From Candidatus Methylomirabilia bacterium (GTDB lineage: Bacteria; Methylomirabilota; Methylomirabilia; Rokubacteriales; CSP1-6): a stretch of DNA of 33,058 nucleotides. Positions 28,448 through 33,058 of this stretch are shown piece by piece. The notes beneath the pieces were generated by a model that was not told the origin of the DNA, did not search any database, and was given only the letters and a program-made list of their open reading frames with translations. The translations under genes and the position numbers were made by a program. The DNA lies in the NCBI GenBank assembly GCA_046758965.1, contig JBHIBG010000024.1, forward strand, positions 1-33,058. The letters run 5' to 3'. The number at the start of each line of letters is the position of its first letter. Position 1 is the stretch's first letter.

Positions 28448-28485
28448 TCTATCACTCAAGTCAGCGCTTCCGGCGATCTCCAGCG

Positions 28486-28616
28486 ATCTAACTGGGCGCT
28501 CAGCTGCCGCGCACAGCGCCGACCGGCTAGGCCGCGGCACCCGAGGTTGCCGCCAGATGGCACCACGGACTCGTTGGCCCACGCTGTGCGCGGTCCGTTG
28601 CAACGGCTCGTTGGGC
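28486..28616 (-). mobile_element. Integron attC site 2 (131 bp)
   Basis: Minus strand GCCCAAC ... GTTAGAT; internal stem CCGCGCACAGCG / CGCTGTGCGCGG. Starts 12 nt after the cassette gene stop. Confidence 0.88.
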
Positions 28617-28628
28617 AGCCATGACCCG

Positions 28629-29246
28629 CTAGCTCAAGCCCCGCCTCCTGCCGAATGCGATCTTCCAGCGCTCGCGCGGGCTGTCGAAGCGCACCTTTCG
28701 CGGATCAAAGGCTTCCGGATCGAACGAGCCTCCAACCCACTCAAGCATGCTCTCGTGCTCCTCGTGCTCCGGGTCTCGAATGGCCTGAAGGAATTCCTCA
28801 TAGCCCCACACGCCGCCGCAATCCTCTGGCGGACAATGCCGCTCTCCCGCGATGCAGCGAGGGTAACGCTTCCGCTCCTGACGAGGAAGAACCCTTTCCA
28901 ACGTGACGGTGTGTTCCCAGGAGTCCCCGAAGTCGTAGAGATACGGGGCTCGCGTACCGGCCTCCACGAAGAAGTCCGCGATCGAAACGTCCCATCCGGG
29001 AAGTGTCGGCATCTCATCAGCGAAGTCCTCATCCGGAATACCGATCCTGACCTGCTCGCCCGTCCTCGGCACGGCCACGTCGAACGAGTGGAGGTGGTAG
29101 TCCTGCCACCCCATCGCGTCCTGAATGGCCACGTGAAGGTCCCAGAACGAGTAGGACTCAGGGACCTGAATCCGGCGCCAAATGTCCGGCTCGATCTCCC
29201 CCAGCACGACCGTGAACTCGTAGACGCTGCCGTACTTCCTGCGCAC
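28629..29246 (-). CDS. Plasmid pRiA4b ORF3-family protein (IS1096 passenger TnpR-like), as an integron cassette gene
   Basis: IWRRIQVP, LHVAIQDAMGWQDYHLHSF, YLYDFGDSWEH and CPPEDCGG motifs; flanked by attC sites. Confidence 0.92.
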   Translation of the reverse strand: MRRKYGSVYEFTVVLGEIEPDIWRRIQVPESYSFWDLHVAIQDAMGWQDYHLHSFDVAVPRTGEQVRIGIPDEDFADEMPTLPGWDVSIADFFVEAGTRAPYLYDFGDSWEHTVTLERVLPRQERKRYPRCIAGERHCPPEDCGGVWGYEEFLQAIRDPEHEEHESMLEWVGGSFDPEAFDPRKVRFDSPRERWKIAFGRRRGLS

Positions 29247-29280
29247 CGCTCGCTCCCCCTTCCCTCGGCGTTCGGTGGCG

Positions 29281-29342
29281 GCCCAACGTCCCGGCGTCAG
29301 CCGCGCCGCGCTATGCGGCGTCAGCTGCCGCCCGTGTTAAGC
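29281..29342 (-). mobile_element. Integron attC site 3 (62 bp)
   Basis: Minus strand GCTTAAC...CAGCTGACGCCGC-ATAGC-GCGGCGCGGCTG...GTTGGGC. Its GTTGGGC is the exact complement of the GCCCAAC of attC 2, as expected for one excisable cassette. Confidence 0.85.
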
Positions 29343-29592
29343 CCGGCATCTGCTTCTGCCAACTGCCAGCAGTGATATCCACCAGCACTACCGCCGCTAC
29401 TTGCTGGGAAACTACCAACCAGGAACATTTCCAAAAAAAGGATGATCTGCCGGCACCTTGATTTGATCAATCGAAGCGCTGAGTTCATCCGCGGCGGTCA
29501 GATCTGGATAACAGAGGTACATTACCGGGAGGCGGCCCGCGCGACGAGACCGGCGAGCGCCGGCGCGCCCGGTCGACCCGACGCTCGGGGCC

Positions 29593-32500
29593 TCATGACA
29601 GGAGCAGCTCCAGGTCCTCGCGGGAGAGGGCGCGAATCAGGCTGTTGTCGGCGGTGATGATCGCGTCGGCCAGGCCGCGCTTGGTCCGCTGCAACTCCAG
29701 GATCTTCTCCTCGACCGTCTCGCGCGCGATCAACCGGTAGGCGAAGACCGGCCGCGTCTGGCCGATGCGGTGGGTGCGGTCGATGGCCTGAGCCTCGACG
29801 GCGGGGTTCCACCAGGGATCCAGCAGGAACACGTACTCGGCCGCCGTGAGGTTCAGCCCGAGGCCCCCCGCCTTGAGGCTCACCAGGAAGAGCCGGCAGT
29901 CGGGAGCAGACTGAAACCGCGCGACCCGGGCGGCGCGGTCGCGGGTGCGCCCGTCCAGGTATTCGTAGGGAATGCCCTCGCGGTCGAGCCGGCTCCGCAC
30001 GATGGCCAGGAAGCTCGTGAACTGCGAGAAGACCAGGGCCTTGTGGCCTTCGTCCAGGACCTCGGCCAGGCGCGGCAGGAGCACGTCGAGCTTGGCGCTC
30101 GGCTCGCCAGCCCGCCGCCGGTCGATGAGCCCCGGATGGCAGGCCGCCTGCCTCAAGCGGAGCAGCGCCTCCAGGATCAGGATCTTCGCCCGGTTGAACC
30201 CGTCCCGCTCGATCCGGCCCAGGAGCGAGCGCCGGTAGTGCTCGCGCAGCTCGTCATAGACGCCGCGCTGGGCCCGGTCCAGCTCGCAGTAGAGCGTCTG
30301 CTCCAACTTGGGCGGCAGGTCGGCCGCGACCTGCTCCTTCGTCCGGCGCAGGATGAAGGGCCGGAGCCCGCACGCCAGGAGGCGCCGGGTCTCTTCGTCC
30401 GGGTTGCGCGCCCCGTTGCCGTCCAGCCGGAAGAGCGACGCCGCGCCCAGCATCCCGGGGTTCAGGAACTCGAAAAGGCTCCACAGCTCCCCCAGGTGGT
30501 TCTCCACCGGCGTCCCGCTCAGCGCCAGCCGCTGACGGGCGCGGAGGAGCCGCGCCGCCCTGGCCGCGTCGGTGCGAGCGTTCTTGATCGCCTGCGCCTC
30601 GTCGAGGACAACGCAGTTGAACGGCACGTCGGCGAGGCCGGTGACGTCGCGGCGGAGCGTGCCGTAGGTCGTGAGGACCAGGTCCGCCTCGGCGAACCGG
30701 TCGCGCACCCGGGCACGGTCGGCGCCCGTATAGTCCAGCACACGGAGCCCTGGCGTGAACCGGGCAGCCTCCTGCTTCCAGTTGAAGACCAGCGACTTCG
30801 GCACCACGACGAGGGAGGGCCCCCGGGCGCGATCGCGCCGCAGCTCGAGGAACGCCAGGACCTGGACTGTCTTGCCCAGGCCCATGTCGTCGGCCAGGCA
30901 CCCGCCGAAGCCGAACTGCTCCAGGAACTGGAGCCACCCCAGACCATCCCGCTGGTAGCCGCGGAGCTCCCCGTTGAAGCCGGCTGGAGGGTCGGCCGGC
31001 TTGACGCCGTCGAAGCGCCGGAGCTCCTCGCGGGCGCGCTCGAAGGCCTCGTCCCAGCTCGCCTCGGGTTGCGAGACCAGAAGCGCGTCCAGCAGTCCTA
31101 CCTGGCTCCGCGTGAACCGGAGGTGATCCTCCCGCGCCGTGCCGAGACCGGCCAGGAGCCCGTACTTCTGGAGCCACGCTTCCGGCAGCATGCCGTACGT
31201 GCCGTCATCCAGCCGCACCGTCCGCTCGCCCCGCCTGAGGGCTGCCAGAATCTCGGGAAGCGTGGCGACGGTATCGCCGAACTCTACCTCGCCGTGGAGC
31301 TCGAACCAGTCGATGCCGGTCGAGACCTCGATCCGGAACGCGCCGGCGTGGCGGAAGACCTTGCCTTCCGCCTCGACGTGCCAGCCTTCCTTGAGGAGGT
31401 CGCGAACGACGCGGGGCAGATGGCGGGCGGCCAGCTCCAGGACGGCTCCCCGCGTCTGGTACCCCTCGTACGGAGAGGGAGCGCGCGTTCTGAAGCCGAG
31501 CTCCCGGAGCCGGTCGGCGGCGGCCCGCTCGGCCATCGGGTCGCGGCGGAGCAGGCGCCGCTCCCGAGCCTGGAAGATCCCGCGTCCCTGCGTCCCGGAG
31601 GCGATCACGGCGCCGTCGTACTCGAAGGACAGCTCACCGCGCAGCGCGCCGGCGCCCTTTCCCGGCTTCACCTTGAGCCGCGGCCTCGGAGGGACCGTCA
31701 CCTCTTCCCACGAGATCTCCTCCGGCAGGGTAAGGGGTGGAAGCCTGGGCGATCGCGCCAGCGCCCCGAGCAGCTCGTCTCCCTGGGACCTCGGCACCGA
31801 GATCGGCCCGTGCTGGCGCAGATGAGCGATCCAGGCGAAACCGCCGGAGTCCCACAGGCGCGCCGCACGGTCGCGCCAGAACACGAATCCGCTGGCGAGG
31901 AGCAGCACGGGCGCCGACACGTCAGCACGGTCTCCATCGCGACAGAGCGTCCCCTCGATCAGATAACGGCCCGGCGCCGGGCGGACGTCGAGCCGGAACT
32001 CCCACGGAGCGTCATCGTCCCACTCGATCGGGGAGAGTGCTTGCTCGGCGCGAGACAGGCGCAAGCGGCAGCGACCGGTGCGCGCGATCAGGGGAACCAG
32101 GCTCTCTTGCACGGGACCCGCGAGATAATACCGGGACGGGGTCGAACCGTGGTAGCCGCCAGGGTAGTAGCCGTAGCCGGCCCGGGCGCCGGCCAGCAGG
32201 GCCAGGATCTGCCGGTCGAGGGGCTCGGGGAGGGAGGCAGCCGGGTTCCAGGGAATCCTGAGCGGCTTCACGACACCCCAGTCGCCGTTCGCCTTTCGTC
32301 GGCGGCAGGCGAGGTCGACGGCCAGCCCCTGGCCGACCAGCGTGGCCGGCACGTCCACGATATAGAGGAGTTCCTGCTCGTGAGCCCGGCTGGGCGACTC
32401 GGCTTCTTCGGTCGCCATCACCTGAAGGAGGTGGCTCAGTTGGCGCTTCCAGGATCCGTGGGAGGCTTGACGGGGAGGAAACGGTTTGCGTGCGGGCCCG

Positions 32501-32649
32501 GACGCCAGCGAGATCGGATCGGCTTCGTCGAGAGGGTCCACGAAGTCAGGATCGTCGTCCCAAGCCTCGAAGAACCCTTCGAACATCCCGGAGAGAGGAG
32601 ACCCCCTGTCGAATCTACTCGCCCGTGACGTTCGGCGCATCGAGCGCAT
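29593..32649 (-). CDS. SNF2-family (SWI2/SNF2) DEAD/DEAH-box ATPase; start uncertain
   Basis: LRGYQ, LADDMGLGKT, DEAQ, SGTPVEN, LRR, FSQF, KAGGLGLNL and DPWWNP...DRTHRIGQ motifs. Confidence 0.93.
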   Translation of the reverse strand: MRSMRRTSRASRFDRGSPLSGMFEGFFEAWDDDPDFVDPLDEADPISLASGPARKPFPPRQASHGSWKRQLSHLLQVMATEEAESPSRAHEQELLYIVDVPATLVGQGLAVDLACRRRKANGDWGVVKPLRIPWNPAASLPEPLDRQILALLAGARAGYGYYPGGYHGSTPSRYYLAGPVQESLVPLIARTGRCRLRLSRAEQALSPIEWDDDAPWEFRLDVRPAPGRYLIEGTLCRDGDRADVSAPVLLLASGFVFWRDRAARLWDSGGFAWIAHLRQHGPISVPRSQGDELLGALARSPRLPPLTLPEEISWEEVTVPPRPRLKVKPGKGAGALRGELSFEYDGAVIASGTQGRGIFQARERRLLRRDPMAERAAADRLRELGFRTRAPSPYEGYQTRGAVLELAARHLPRVVRDLLKEGWHVEAEGKVFRHAGAFRIEVSTGIDWFELHGEVEFGDTVATLPEILAALRRGERTVRLDDGTYGMLPEAWLQKYGLLAGLGTAREDHLRFTRSQVGLLDALLVSQPEASWDEAFERAREELRRFDGVKPADPPAGFNGELRGYQRDGLGWLQFLEQFGFGGCLADDMGLGKTVQVLAFLELRRDRARGPSLVVVPKSLVFNWKQEAARFTPGLRVLDYTGADRARVRDRFAEADLVLTTYGTLRRDVTGLADVPFNCVVLDEAQAIKNARTDAARAARLLRARQRLALSGTPVENHLGELWSLFEFLNPGMLGAASLFRLDGNGARNPDEETRRLLACGLRPFILRRTKEQVAADLPPKLEQTLYCELDRAQRGVYDELREHYRRSLLGRIERDGFNRAKILILEALLRLRQAACHPGLIDRRRAGEPSAKLDVLLPRLAEVLDEGHKALVFSQFTSFLAIVRSRLDREGIPYEYLDGRTRDRAARVARFQSAPDCRLFLVSLKAGGLGLNLTAAEYVFLLDPWWNPAVEAQAIDRTHRIGQTRPVFAYRLIARETVEEKILELQRTKRGLADAIITADNSLIRALSREDLELLLS

Positions 32650-32711
32650 CAGTTCGTTCAGACCTTAGCTCGTTCGGGCGAAGGCTTCAAGGGAAAAAGA
32701 TGCGGCAGTCG

Positions 32712-33058
32712 ATGGCAGACCTGAGAGAGACGATCCGGCGGATCTGGGGCTACGAGAGCCTGCTGCCGCTGCAGGAAGAAGCCATGCGCGCGGTGGTCGC
32801 GGGCCGCGACTCCGTCGTCGTCCTCCCCACCGGCGGCGGGAAATCGCTCTGCTACCAGGCCCCGGCCGCCGCGCAGGAGAAGCTCGCGGTGGTGGTGTCG
32901 CCGCTCATCTCGCTCATGAAGGACCAGGTGGACGGGCTCCGCCAGCACGGCGTCGCCGCGGCGTGCCTGAACAGCGCCATGAGCCCCGACGCGAAGAAGG
33001 CCACTACGTCATCCACGCCGGGATGCCCCGCTCCATCGAGCACTATCAGCAGGAGGCC
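32712..33058 (+). pseudogene. recQ: recQ-family helicase with an internal deletion and frameshift, running off the window edge
   Basis: MADLRETIRRIWGYESLLPLQ...LPTGGGKSLCYQAP...VVSPLISLMKDQV...LNS. At about 33002 another frame reads YVIHAGMPRSIEHYQQEA, the segment between RecQ motifs V and VI. Confidence 0.85.

Noticed and set aside
28214..29342. CRISPR array
   Set aside because: The repeats differ in sequence and length and are separated by gene-sized segments; they fit attC sites.
29770..32628. 952-aa plus-strand ORF, and similar long ORFs at 15320-16834, 23093-24658 and 24807-25973
   Set aside because: Antisense shadows of well-supported genes in high-GC DNA, with no protein motifs.

Overview
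High-GC bacterial chromosomal window. Gene style is reminiscent of Rokubacteria/Methylomirabilota, which is an impression and not provable from sequence alone. Left to right: vapBC toxin-antitoxin pair; a small hidden ORF; zwf; two divergent lipoproteins (one an M48 peptidase with TPRs); an orphan UpxY/NusG-paralog; a tRNA-3'-end-like fragment; a five-gene Liv-type ABC transporter operon interrupted by a CTAG-flanked MITE-like element; a minus-strand run of peroxiredoxin, VIT1/CCC1, PiT and an SDR; a second MITE-like element; a TPP-dependent E1 alpha/E1 beta pair with a stand-alone lipoyl protein; an acyl-CoA ligase remnant; an SDR; a long minus-strand run gcvT-gcvH-gcvPA-gcvPB-lipM-like-Nudix-pepA-PHP-CaiB; an RHH antitoxin with a doubly frameshifted RelE/ParE toxin; an integrase-less integron cassette array with three attC sites (CALIN); an SNF2 helicase; and an internally deleted recQ running off the right edge. 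The strongest non-obvious signals are the attC array, the structured MITE in the ABC operon, the broken toxin and the E2-less dehydrogenase module. I found no CRISPR array, rRNA or complete tRNA.
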